Assembly: GCA_040954595.2 (NCBI GenBank)
Contig: CM082596.2
Coordinates: 10,002,461-10,066,460 of the forward strand
Length of the DNA stretch: 64,000 nucleotides
Origin: Balanoglossus misakiensis
Lineage: Eukaryota > Animalia > Hemichordata
Direction: 5' to 3'
Shown: one piece after another, positions 30,001 through 42,187 of the stretch
How positions within the stretch are numbered: position 1 is the stretch's first letter
How the letters are laid out: every line of letters begins with the position of its first letter
Made by a program: the position numbers and the translations under genes
Notes under the pieces: generated by a model
Database searches by the model: none
The model's input: the letters and a program-made list of their open reading frames with translations, nothing else
Told to the model about the DNA's origin: nothing

Positions 30001-33000
30001 CGAACCCATGATTTTTTTTCAAAAATCGACAAAATTTTGAGATTTTGCAAAGCCGAAAATTTGTCATTTTTTGATGATTTTCACCCATGATTTTTTTCAA
30101 AAATCGACGAAATTTTGAGATTTTGCAAAGTCGAAAATTTGTCATTTTTTGATGATTTTCACCCATGTTTTTTTTTAAAAATCGACGAAATTTGAGATTT
30201 TGCAAAGTCAAAAATTTGTCATTTTTTGATGATTTTCACCCATGATTTTTTTCAAAAATCGACGAAATTTTGAGATTTTGCAAAGTCGAAAATGTGTCAT
30301 TTTTTGATGATTTTCACCCATGATTTTTTTCAAAAATCGACGAAATTTGAGATTTTGCAAAGTCGAAAATTTGTCATTTTTTGATGATTTTTACCCATGA
30401 TTTTTTTTTCAAAAATCGACCAAATTTTGAGATTTTGCAAAGCCGAAAATTTGTCATTTTTTGATGATTTTCACCCATGATTTTTCTCAAAAATCGACGA
30501 AATTTTGAGATTTTGCAAAGTCGAAAATTTTTCATTTTTTGATGATTTTCACCCATGATTTTTCTCAAAAATTGACGAAATTTTGAGATTTTGCAAAGTC
30601 GAAAATTTGTCATTTTTTGATGATTTTCACCCATGATTTTTCTCAAAAATCGACGAAATTTTGAGATTTTGCAAAGTCGAAAATTTGTCATTTTTTGATG
30701 ATTTTCACCCATGATTTTTTTTCAAAAATCGACGAAATTTTGAGATTTTGCAAAGTCGAAAATTTGTCATTTATTAATGATTTTCACCCATGATTTTTTT
30801 TCAAAAATCGACAAAATTTTGAGATTTTGCAAAGTCGAAAATTTGTAATTTTTTGATGATTTTCACCCATGTTTTTTTTCAAAATTGAACGAACCCATGA
30901 TTTTTTTCAAAAATCGACGAAATTTTGAGATTTTGCAAAGTCGAAAATTTGTCATTTTTTGATGATTTTCACCCATGATTTTTTTCAAAAATCGACAAAA
31001 TTTTTAGATTTTGCAAAGTCGAAAATTTGTCATTTTTTGATTATTTTCACCCATGATTTTTTTCAAAAATCGACAAAATTTTTAGATTTTGCAAAGACGA
31101 AAATTTGTCATTTTTTGATGATTTTCACCCATGTTTTTTTTCAAAAATCAACGAACCTATGATTTTTTTTCAAAAAAGGACAAAATTTTGAGATTTTGCA
31201 AAGTCGAAAATTTGTCATTTTTTGAAGATTTTCACCAATGATTTTTCTCAAAAATCGACGAAATTTTGAAATTTGTAATTTTTTGATGATTTTCACCAAT
31301 GTTTTTTTTTAAAAATCAACGAACCCATGATTTTTTTCAAAAATTGACGAAATTTTGAGATTTTGCAAAGTCGAAAATTTGTCATTTTTTGATGATTTTC
31401 ACCAATGATTTTTTTCAAAAATCGACGAAATTTTGAGATTTTGCAAAGTCGAAAATTTGTCATTTATTAACGATTTTCACCCATGATTTTTTTTCAAAAA
31501 TCGACGAAATTTTGAGATTTTGCAAAGTCGAAAATTTGTCATTTATTAATGATTTTCACCCATGATTTTTTTTCAAAAATCGACAAAATTTTGAGATTTT
31601 GCAAAGTCGAAAATTTGTAATTTTTTGATGATTTTCACCCATGTTTTTTTTCAAAATTGAACGAACCCATGATTTTTTTCAAAAATCGACGAAATTTTGA
31701 GATTTTGCAAAGTCGAAAATTTGTCATTTTTTGATGATTTTCACCCATGATTTTTTTCAAAAATCGACAAAATTTTTAGATTTTGCAAAGTCGAAAATTT
31801 GTCATTTTTTGATTATTTTCACCCATGATTTTTTTCAAAAATCGACAAAATTTTTAGATTTTGCAAAGTCGAAAATTTGTCATTTTTTGATGATTTTCAC
31901 CATGATTTTTTTTTAAAAATCGACGAAATTTTGAGATTTTGCAAAGACGAAAATTTGTCATTTTTTGATGATTTTCACCCATGTTTTTTTTTCAAAAATC
32001 AACGAACCCATGATTTTTTTTCAAAAAAGGACAAAATTTTGAGATTTTGCAAAGTCGAAAATTTGTCATTTTTTGATGATTTTCACCCAATGATTTTTTT
32101 TCAAAAATCGACGAAATTTTGAGATTTTGCAAAGTCGAAAATTTGTCATTTATTAATGATTTTCACCCATGATTTTTTTCAAAAATCGACTAAATTTTGA
32201 GATTTTGCAAAGTCGAAAATTTGTAATTTTTTGATGATTTTCACCCGTTTTTTTTCAAAATTGAACGAACCCATGATTTTTTTCAAAAATCGACGAAATT
32301 TTGAGATTTTGCAAAGTCGAAAATTTGTCATTTTTTGATGATTTTCACCCATGATTTTTTTCAAAAATCGACAAAATTTTTAGATTTTGCAAAGTCGAAA
32401 ATTTGTCATTTTTTGATTATTTTCACCCATGATTTTTTTCAAAAATCGACAAAATTTTTAGATTTTGCAAAGACGAAAATTTGTCATTTTTTGATGATTT
32501 TCACCCATGTTTTTTTTCAAAAATCAACGAACCCATGATTTTTTTTCAAAAATCGACAAAATTTTGAGATTTTGCAAAGCCGAAAATTTGTCATTTTTTG
32601 ATGATTTTCACCCATGATTTTTTTCAAAAATCGACGAAATTTTGAGATTTTGCAAAGTCGAAAATTTGTCATTTTTTGATGATTTTCACCCATGATTTTT
32701 TTTAAAAATCGACGAAATTTGAGATTTTGCAAAGTCAAAAATTTGTCATTTTTTGATGATTTTCACCCATGATTTTTTTCAAAAATCGACGAAATTTTGA
32801 GATTTTGCAAAGTCGAAAATGTGTCATTTTTTGATGATTTTCACCCATGATTTTTTTCAAAAATCGACGAAATTTGAGATTTTGCAAAGTCGAAAATTTG
32901 TCATTTTTTGATGATTTTTACAAATGATTTTTTTTTCAAAAATCGACCAAATTTTGAGATTTTGCAAAGCCGAAAATTTGTCATTTTTTGATGATTTTCA

Positions 33001-36000
33001 CCCATGATTTTTCTCAAAAATCGACGAAATTTTGAGATTTTGCAAAGTCGAAAATTTTTCATTTTTTGATGATTTTCACCCATGATTTTTCTCAAAAATT
33101 GACGAAATTTTGAGATTTTGCAAAGTCGAAAATTTGTCATTTTTTGATGATTTTCACCCATGTTTTTTTCAAAATTGAACGAACCCATGATTTTTTTCAA
33201 AAATCGACAAAATTTTGAGATTTTGCAAAGACGAAAATTTGTCATTTTTTGATGATTTTCACCCATGATTTTTTTCAAAAGTCGACGAAATTTTGAGATT
33301 TTGCAAAGTCGAAAATTTGTCATTTTTTGATGATTTTCACCCATGATTTTTTTAAAAAACTACGAAATTTTGAGATTTTGCAAAGTCGAAAATTTGTCAT
33401 TTTTTGATGATTTTCACCCATGATTTTTTTCAAAAATCTGCGAAATTTTGAGATTTTGCAAAGTCGAAAATTTGTCATTTATTAATGATTTTCACCCATG
33501 ATTTTTTTCAAAAATCGACGAAATTTGAGATTTTGCAAATTCGAAAATTTGTAATTTTTTAATGATTTTCACCCTTTTTTTTCAAAAATCAACGAACCCA
33601 TGATTTTTTTTAAAAATCGACAAAATTTTGAGATTTTGCAAAGCCGAAAATTTGTCATTTTTTGATGATTTTCACCCATGATTTTTTTCAAAAATCGACG
33701 AAATTTTGAGATTTTGCAAAGTCGAAAATTTGTCATTTTTTGATGATTTTCACCCATGATTTTTTTCAAAAATCGACGAAATTTGAGATTTTGCAAAGTC
33801 GAAAATTTGTCATTTTTTGATGATTTTCACCCATGATTTTTTTCAAAAATCGACGAAATTTGAGATTTTGCAAAGTCGAAAATTTGTCATTTTTTGATGA
33901 TTTTTACCCATGATTTTTTTTTCAAAAATCGATCAAATTTTGAGATTTTGCAAAGCCGAAAATTTGTCATTTTTTGATGATTTTCACCCATGATTTTTCT
34001 CAAAAATTGACGAAATTTTGAGATTTTGCAAAGTCGAAAATTTGTCATTTTTTGATGATTTTCACCCATGTTTTTTTCAAAATTGAACGAACCCATGATT
34101 TTTTTCAAAAATCGACAAGTTTGAGATTTTGCAAAGTCGAAAATTTGTCATTTTTTGATGATTTTCACCCATGATTTTTTTCAAAAGTCGACGAAATTTT
34201 GAGCTTTTGCAAAGTCGAAAATTTGTCATTTTTTGATGATTTTCACCCATGATTTTTTTCAAAAATCTACGAAATTTTGAGATTTTGCAAAGTCGAAAAT
34301 TTGTCATTTTTTGATGATTTTCACCCATGATTTTTTTCAAGAAATCGACGAAATTTTGAGATTTTGCAAAGTCGAAAATTTGTCATTTATTAATGATTTT
34401 CACCCATGATTTTTTTCAAAAATAGACGAAATTTGAGATTTTGCAAATTCGAAAATTTGTAATTTTTTAATGATTTTCACCCTTTTTTTTCAAAAATCAA
34501 CGAACCCATGATTTTTTTTCAAAAATCGACAAAATTTTGAGATTTTGCAAAGTCGAAAATTTGTCATTTTTTGATGATTTTCACCCATGATTTTTTTCAA
34601 AAATCGACGAAATTTGAGATTTTGCAAAGTCGAAAATTTGTCATTTTTTGATGATTTTCACCCATGATTTTTTTCAAAAATCGACGAAATTTTGAGATTT
34701 TGCAAAGTCGAAAATTTGTCATTTTTTGATGATTTTCACCCATGATTGTTTTTCAAAAATCTGCGAAATTTTGAGATTTTGCAAAGTCGAAAATTTGTCA
34801 TTTTTTGATGATTTTCACCCATGATTTTTTTTCAAAAAATCGACGAAATTTTGAGATTTTGCAAAGTCGAAAATTTGTCATTTTTTGATTATTTTCACCC
34901 ATGATTTTTTTTTTCAAAAATCGACAAAATTTTGAGATTTTGCAAAGTCGAAAATGTGTCATTTTTTGATGATTTTCACCCATGATTTTTTTCAAAAATC
35001 GACGAAATTTGAGATTTAGCAAAGTCGAAAATTTGTCATTTTTTGATGATTTTTACCCATGATTTTTTTTTCAAAAATCGACCAAATTTTGAGATTTTGC
35101 AAAGCCGAAAATTTGTCATTTTTTGATGATTTTCACCCATGTTTTTTTTCAAAATTGAACGAACCCATGATTTTTTTCAAAAATCGACAAAATTTTGAGA
35201 TTTTGCAAAGACGAAAATTTGTCATTTTTTGATGATTTTCACCCATGATTTTTTTCAAAAGTTGACGAAATTTTGAGATTTTGCAAAGACAAAAATTTTT
35301 CATTTTTTGATGATTTTCACCCGTGATTTTTTTCAAAAATCGACAAAATTTTGAGATTTTGCAAAGTCGAAAATTTGACATTTTTTGATGATTTTCACCC
35401 GTTTTTTTTCAAAAATCAACGAACCTATGATTTTTTTTCAAAAATCGACGAAATTTAGAGATTTTGAAAAGTCGAAAATTTGTCATTTCTTAATGATTTT
35501 CACCCATGTTTTTTTTTCAAAAATCGACAAAATTTTGAGATTTTGCAAAGTCGAAAATTTGTAATTTTTTGATGATTTTCACCAATGTTTTTTTTTAAAA
35601 ATCAACGAACCCATGATTTTTTTCAAAAATTGACAACATTTTGAGATTTTGCAAAGTCGAAAATTTGTCATTTTTTGATGATCTTCACCCATGATTTTTT
35701 TCAAAAATCGACGAAATTTGAGATTTTGCAAAGTCGAAAATTTGTCATTTTTTGATGATTTTCACCCATGATTTTTTTCAAAAATCGACGAAATTTTGAG
35801 ATTTTGCAAAGTCGAAAATTTGTAATTTTTTGATGATTTTCACCAATGTTTTTTTTTAAAAATCAACGAACCCATGATTTTTTTCAAAAATTGACAACAT
35901 TTTGAAATTTTGCAAAGTCGAAAATTTGTCATTTTTTGATGATTTTCACCCATGATTTTTTTTCAAAAAATCGACGAAATTTTGAGATTTTGCAAAGTCG

Positions 36001-38014
36001 AAAATTTGTCATTTTTTGATTATTTTCACCCATGATTTTTTTTCAAAAAATCGACGAAATTTTGAGATTTTGCAAAGTCGAAAATTTGTCATTTTTTGAT
36101 TATTTTCACCCATGATTTTTTTTTTCAAAAATCGACAAAATTTTGAGATTTTGCAAAGTCGAAAATGTGTCATTTTTTGATGATTTTCACCCATGATTTT
36201 TTTCAAAAATCGACGAAATTTGAGATTTAGCAAAGTCGAAAATTTGTCATTTTTTGATGATTTTTACCCATGATTTTTTTTTCAAAAATCGACCAAATTT
36301 TGAGATTTTGCAAAGCCGAAAATTTGTCATTTTTTGATGATTTTCACCCATGTTTTTTTTCAAAATTGAACGAACCCATGATTTTTTTCAAAAATCGACA
36401 AAATTTTGAGATTTTGCAAAGACGAAAATTTGTCATTTTTTGATGATTTTCACCCATGATTTTTTTCAAAAGTTGACGAAATTTTGAGATTTTGCAAAGA
36501 CAAAAATTTTTCATTTTTTGATGATTTTCACCCGTGATTTTTTTCAAAAATCGACAAAATTTTGAGATTTTGCAAAGTCGAAAATTTGACATTTTTTGAT
36601 GATTTTCACCCGTTTTTTTTCAAAAATCAACGAACCTATGATTTTTTTTCAAAAATCGACGAAATTTAGAGATTTTGAAAAGTCGAAAATTTGTCATTTC
36701 TTAATGATTTTCACCCATGTTTTTTTTTCAAAAATCGACAAAATTTTGAGATTTTGCAAAGTCGAAAATTTGTAATTTTTTGATGATTTTCACCAATGTT
36801 TTTTTTTAAAAATCAACGAACCCATGATTTTTTTCAAAAATTGACAACATTTTGAGATTTTGCAAAGTCGAAAATTTGTCATTTTTTGATGATCTTCACC
36901 CATGATTTTTTTCAAAAATCGACGAAATTTGAGATTTTGCAAAGTCGAAAATTTGTCATTTTTTGATGATTTTCACCCATGATTTTTTTCAAAAATCGAC
37001 GAAATTTTGAGATTTTGCAAAGTCGAAAATTTGTAATTTTTTGATGATTTTCACCAATGTTTTTTTTTAAAAATTAACGAACCCATGATTTTTTTCAAAA
37101 ATTGACAACATTTTGAAATTTTGCAAAGTCGAAAATTTGTCATTTTTTGATGATTTTCACCCATGATTTTTTTCAAAAATCGACGAAATTTGAGATTTTG
37201 CAAAGTCGAAAATTTGTCATTTTTTGATGATTTTCACCCATGATTTTTTTCAAAAATCGACGAAATTTTGAGATTTTGCAAAGTCGATAATTTGTCATTT
37301 TTTGATGATTTTCACCCATGATTTTTTTTCAAAAATGTGCGAAATTTTGAGATTTTGCAAAGTCGAAAATTTGTAATTTTTTGATGATTTTCACCCATGT
37401 TTTTTTTCAAAATTGAACGAACCCATGATTTTTTTCAAAAATCGACGAAATTTTGAGATTTTGCAAAGTCGAAAATTTGTAATTTTTTGATGATATTCAC
37501 CCATGATTTTTTTCAAAAATCGACGAAATTTTGAGATTTTGCAAAGTCGAAAATTTGTCATTTTTTGATGATATTCACCCATGATTTTTTTCAAAAATCG
37601 ACGAAATTTTGAGATTTTGCAAAGTCGAAAATTTGTCATTTTTTGATGATTTTCACCCATGATTTTTTTCAAAAATCGACGAAATTTGAGATTTTGCAAA
37701 GTCGAAAATTTGTCATTTTTTGATGATTTTCACCCATGATTTTTTTCAAAAATCGACGAAATTTTGAGATTTTGCAAAGTCGATAATTTGTCATTTTTTG
37801 ATGATTTTCACCCATGATTTTTTTTCAAAAATCTGCGAAATTTTGAGATTTTGCAAAGTCGAAAATTTGTCATTTTTTGATGATTTTCACCCATGATTTT
37901 TTTTCAAAAAATCGACGAAATTTTGAGATTTTGCAAAGTCGAAAATTTGTCATTTTTTGATTATTTTCACCCATGATTTTTTTTTTCAAAAATAGACAAA
38001 ATTATGAGATTTTG
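1..38014. repeat. AT-rich tandem satellite array, ~78-bp monomer (CAAAAATCGACGAAATTTTGAGATTTTGCAAAGTCGAAAATTTGTCATTTTTTGATGATTTTCACCCATGA-T7-10) interspersed with ~29-bp short monomers; runs off the left edge of the window
   Basis: Continuous head-to-tail repeat, same orientation throughout; the 26-aa periodic ORFs on the minus strand reflect the 78-bp period; short monomers read CAAAA(ATC/TTG)AACGAACCCATGATn. Confidence 0.99.
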
Positions 38015-38118
38015 ACCAGTTCAACTCCATATACGCACTCGCTATCGCTCGTGCGTATATGTCGTGAACTGGTCAAAATCTCGTGGTATACCATGGCTGG
38101 GGGTGTTTTATTGCTTAA
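38004..38118. mobile_element. End of a hairpin-bearing non-autonomous DNA element (possibly Crypton-like) fused to the last satellite monomer
   Basis: Stem GAGATTTTGACCAGTTCA (38006-38023) pairs with TGAACTGGTCAAAATCTC (38065-38082); inner stem CATATACGCAC/GTGCGTATATG; loop TCGCTATCGCTC; ends ...TATTGCTTAA. The family assignment is recalled resemblance only. Confidence 0.55.
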
Positions 38119-38179
38119 ATATTAAATCAAGTCAATCAATGTGCACAAACATTACACACACACTCATTAATACATAGAG

Positions 38180-38208
38180 ACAGACACAGACAGACACATA
38201 CACACTCA

Positions 38209-38270
<62 letters not shown>
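38180..38270. repeat. (CA)n microsatellite
   Basis: Pure (CA)30 at 38211-38270, preceded by degenerate CAGA/CA units. Confidence 0.98.
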
Positions 38271-38273
<3 letters not shown>

Positions 38274-38616
38274 CCTATTTTGCTTTAATTTTTTTGTTTG
38301 AAACTTTCATATCAACTGAAGAGTTGTTGACGTTTGACCTTGGATGTACTGAGGTCACCATACACACTCACATTTGTCTGTGTCATAATCACAGACTGAA
38401 GCAAAGTAAAATAAATCACAGCAGCTGTACTGATGTTAACATTGCATTGTTTAATATTCAAGATCAAGTTAAAGTGCATTTATTTATTGGAAGAATCCAG
38501 TTATGGCAACTTGATCCTAGGCGATGTAACTATCCGCCCCACACACAAGTTGAATCATGTATGATATATGTTTCAAACAGCGCGGCATAAGGCCAGAGTT
38601 AGCCTCAAGTTGTGAT

Positions 38617-38619
<3 letters not shown>

Positions 38620-38649
<30 letters not shown>
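38620..38649. repeat. (TA)n microsatellite flanked by TGATGGCATAT direct repeats
   Basis: Direct reading. Confidence 0.9.
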
Positions 38650-38651
<2 letters not shown>

Positions 38652-39084
38652 ATGGCATATGTTACATCATGAATCAAAAATCAAGCAAGTTAAGTTGAGT
38701 ACGAGATACTGACAAGAACGTCTCAGTCAACCTATTGCATGCAGCACATTGTCAACGTCGCGTCGATCGTGTTTGGCATGATCATGATGACGCTTGACGT
38801 GCAAGGCGACTCAATAGATTGCCACATCACAAACCAGTACAAATTGTGCATCGTGTGGTCATGTTACGTGTACGACAAATCTACCGGTTATGAGAAGGAG
38901 GTAAAATCCCAACTTACCAACACTCAGTCAGTCAGATAAGATACGATGCAGCATGTAAGGCAGAATCCGACGAAAAGTCCTGGTACTAGGTCAAGCTAGT
39001 AAAAGAAGGCCATATTCTCTGTACCGATACACCGCCCTCTCTGGACAGTCTCCGTACCAATACACCCGCCCTCTTTAGACAAAT

Positions 39085-39528
39085 TTATCTCGAGATCTCG
39101 AGATAAAAAAATAAAAAGTCGGGAAAACGAATTGGAATTATCTCGAGATCTCGAGATAAAAAAATAAAAAGTCGGGAAAACGAACTTGAATTATCTCGAG
39201 ATCTCGAGATAAAAAAATAAAAAGTCGGGAAAACGAATTGGAATTATCTCGAGATCTCGAGATAAAAAAATAAAAAGTCGGGAAAACGAACTTGAATTAT
39301 CTCGAGATCTCGAGATAAAAAAAATAAAAAGTCGGGAAAACGAATTGGAATTATCTCGAGATCTCGAGATAAAAAAATAAAAAGTCAGGAAAACGAATAG
39401 CATTATCTCGAGATCTCGAGATAAAAAAATAAAAAGTCAGGAAAACGAATGGAATTATCTCGAGATCTCGAGATAAAAAAATAAAAAGTCAGGAAAACGA
39501 ATGGAATTATCTCGAGATCTCGAGATAA
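39085..39528. repeat. ~53-bp minisatellite with a perfect 22-bp palindrome TTATCTCGAGATCTCGAGATAA (9 palindromes); probably the interior of a non-autonomous element
   Basis: Palindrome starts at 39085, 39138, 39191, 39244, 39297, 39351 and onward to 39507; near-identical linkers AAAAATAAAAAGTCRGGAAAACGAA... Confidence 0.95.
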
Positions 39529-39829
39529 TTTTTTATTTATTGCGTATATACATGTCCCCAACTGGCTTTCATATAAAACCACTGCATCAGGTGAATCTCA
39601 ATTTTTAAGAGCGATACTTCAAACATGCAGCACTGTTTACAAATCGGGGTCAAAGGTTATACAAGAATAACCATGTACAGTTGGTATTTTTCGGATGTAC
39701 GTCTGGCCATGGCCTTGGTCTATAAATTGCTCTTGACAACATATATTTTTAAAGATTTTGGTTTACTGAATTACATCTATAGCTTATAATGATGGCTGTT
39801 TACCTAATAATTATTTTAACAACGCCAAC

Positions 39830-40473
39830 TTAGCTGGCGCTGGATCGAGGGTACAGGACTATCCTAGGTCAAGGGTCAATCGTGAATGTTTTGGTCGCGA
39901 ATCAGCTGATCTTTTACAACAGCGTGTTACGCCCCTTTTTTAAATTTCTCATGAGTGGAGACGTCAGTGAAAGAACATATTTCGGATAATGGAGCATTCT
40001 TGGCAGTGTTTTCAAAGGGTTTCGCAACCTTTCTACATGGGACGCGGCGGCGCTTGGCAGAACTTTGCGAGGTGGTCGTCATCACAGGTCGCACCGTAGT
40101 TGAGAGAGAGAGCCATGACACCGACAGAGCCGGGTGAGTGATTGAGATCCTGGATCAGTTGCCGTCACTCAGATCACTAGACATTCTCTCTCATTAGGGT
40201 GTAGCTACGGTGTTGCCACGGGACCTACGACGTTTTATCGTGACGTCGGTGTTGCCCCGACCGGCCAGGGAAGTATATCAGATATGATGAGTCCGGTGAT
40301 GACTTGGCTTTACGGCAGTCGCTGTGCCTGTAGATAAAGGAAAGGAACAGTACAACGCGCCGCCAGTGTGATTAGCATCGCTTGGAGCAAGACTAGATGA
40401 CAGACATCGCCAGGGTCGTTGGCAAGACCTTGGCGGGCAGAGATGTGTGACACAGGTCCTCCTACAGGTAAGC
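39830..40473 (+). promoter_or_regulatory. CpG-rich, GC-elevated segment; possible promoter/first exon ending at a splice donor
   Basis: Many CpGs relative to the flanks; donor-like GTGAGT near 40134 and CAG|GTAAGC at ~40467; no supportable ORF. Confidence 0.35.
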
Positions 40474-41544
40474 CAGTCTTAATTCTTTTACATGCTTTTC
40501 AGAGTCAGCTTTTTGAGATGGTGAGATGTCTGTCTGGTGGTTTCTCTGTGTGACCTTTAGCTCTGCATACAGCCGGGAACACACAGACCTGTACGCAGAG
40601 CTATGTGACCTTCTGAGTCATATAATAATGTCACATTTAGTACTACATTATCTCTATGGAAACACAGCTAGGGGGAGGGTGGAGGGGGGGGGGGTTCTAT
40701 GCTGGTTTCCCCCATCATAGACCCACCCGTGACCCCCACCACAAAAATCTGTAGTGAAACAACAGCCAAACCAGTGCACTATATCACAGTCCCTCTATTA
40801 CATACTGTGACTGTATAAGCTATAAAATAAGACATTCACTTTTTGAAATAAACATTTCTCTGTTAATTATCTCTGAAAGCTTGATATAGGAGAACATTTC
40901 GGTTACTTCAATGTCACCATTGTTTTCACTACTATCACGTAACAAGCAATTTAAATTACCTTCGCAAAAACAGTATGCTCTATGTTTTTTGTTAACGCTT
41001 TGAGATGTCTGGCTCAAATCTTCGTGAATGCAAGCTGTCATAACTTTTGTACAAAGTAGTGTCTCATTTTTTTTTAAAGCAACTAGCTTGATTTTTAAAA
41101 TGAAAAAAAACTTCTGATATACTAGGAATAGTAGGATTTATTCACTGCTCCAGAAGTTTTCTGAATTACAATGCACTTAACGGGACATTAGCTGTAACTT
41201 TTGGCTTTAATTGATGTACATATATTTTTGTTCTGAGTATCAATGGGAATTTCTTGTTCTACTCCAAACAGCATGCTAATATACCCATTTATACTTCACT
41301 TGTCAACATAGCCCGTGAATGTGTAATGTTATCATTCACATTTTTTTACTACTGTTACGTAAATATGCAACATGTCTAAAAAATATGTTTTTATAGAATA
41401 TATTTATTTATTTAGAGTAAAATGTTTTTGGTGACATTTAAATATTTAGTGGATGGTATTTTATACATCAATTGTGGGTTTCAACATATTGTTGGGAGTA
41501 GCACAAGAATCTTAAGTGGCCACATAGAATTAATTTTCAACCTT

Positions 41545-41721
41545 CAGTAAAACCTGTCAAAACCAAACCCTGTCTAATCTGGAAACCTGTCTATACTGAA
41601 CACCTTTTCAGTACCTTCGACATAGAATCACATGTTAAAAGAACCTTTACAAACTGGAAATGTCTGTAAACTGAACAATTTCTTCAGTGCCTTCAGTGTT
41701 CGGTTCAGACAGGTTTTACTG
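41545..41721. mobile_element. Tc1/mariner (pogo/Tigger-like) MITE
   Basis: 14-bp TIR CAGTAAAACCTGTC...GACAGGTTTTACTG; TA on the right flank; internal AAACCTGTCT-like subrepeats. Confidence 0.8.
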
Positions 41722-41724
41722 TAT

Positions 41725-42187
41725 TTAATTTCTCACACTGCTGGCCGCTAGGAGTGTGGGATAGGATATCCCCGACGAGTGTGAGAAATACGATCTCAGG
41801 TCCTTGGGAGTGTGAGATTCTATTATTCTCACACTCTCACTGAATCGAAAGCTGTATATGACGCGAGCGCTGATTGGTTGACAAAGAGTTCTTTCTCTTC
41901 GCGCACTAAATGTTATCCAATGGCGTGATGTGTATTACAGGCACAGAACTATAACGTGCCCCCAGACGACAGTTCCAGAGTCATTTATTCAATGTTTTAA
42001 CGAATTTGGCTAATTTGTGACCGTGTGAGAAAAATAATCTCACACACCAAGGACCTGGGATCGTATTTCTCACACTCGTCAGGGATATTTTGTCCCACAC
42101 TCGCCTGCGGCTCGTGTGTGACAGAAAATCCCCAACTCGTGTGAGAAATACGATCCCAGGTCCTTGGGAGTGTGAGATTCTATTAAT
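41725..42187. mobile_element. Non-autonomous element with asymmetric repeats and a 3' hairpin (possibly Crypton-like)
   Basis: Block GTGTGAGAAATACGATCYCAGGTCCTTGGGAGTGTGAGATTCTATTA at ~41780 and ~42140 (direct) and inverted at ~42035-42078; hairpin loop CTCGCCTGCGGCTCGTG resembles the loop at 38038. Confidence 0.6.

Noticed and set aside
812-37699. Dozens of ORFs with a 26-aa repeat (MGENHQKMTNFRLCKISKFRRFLKKI)
   Set aside because: Translation of a 78-bp satellite; frames break at random with homopolymer length, so there is no coding constraint
39085-39528. CRISPR array
   Set aside because: Spacers are near-identical rather than unique, there are no cas genes, and the context is eukaryotic
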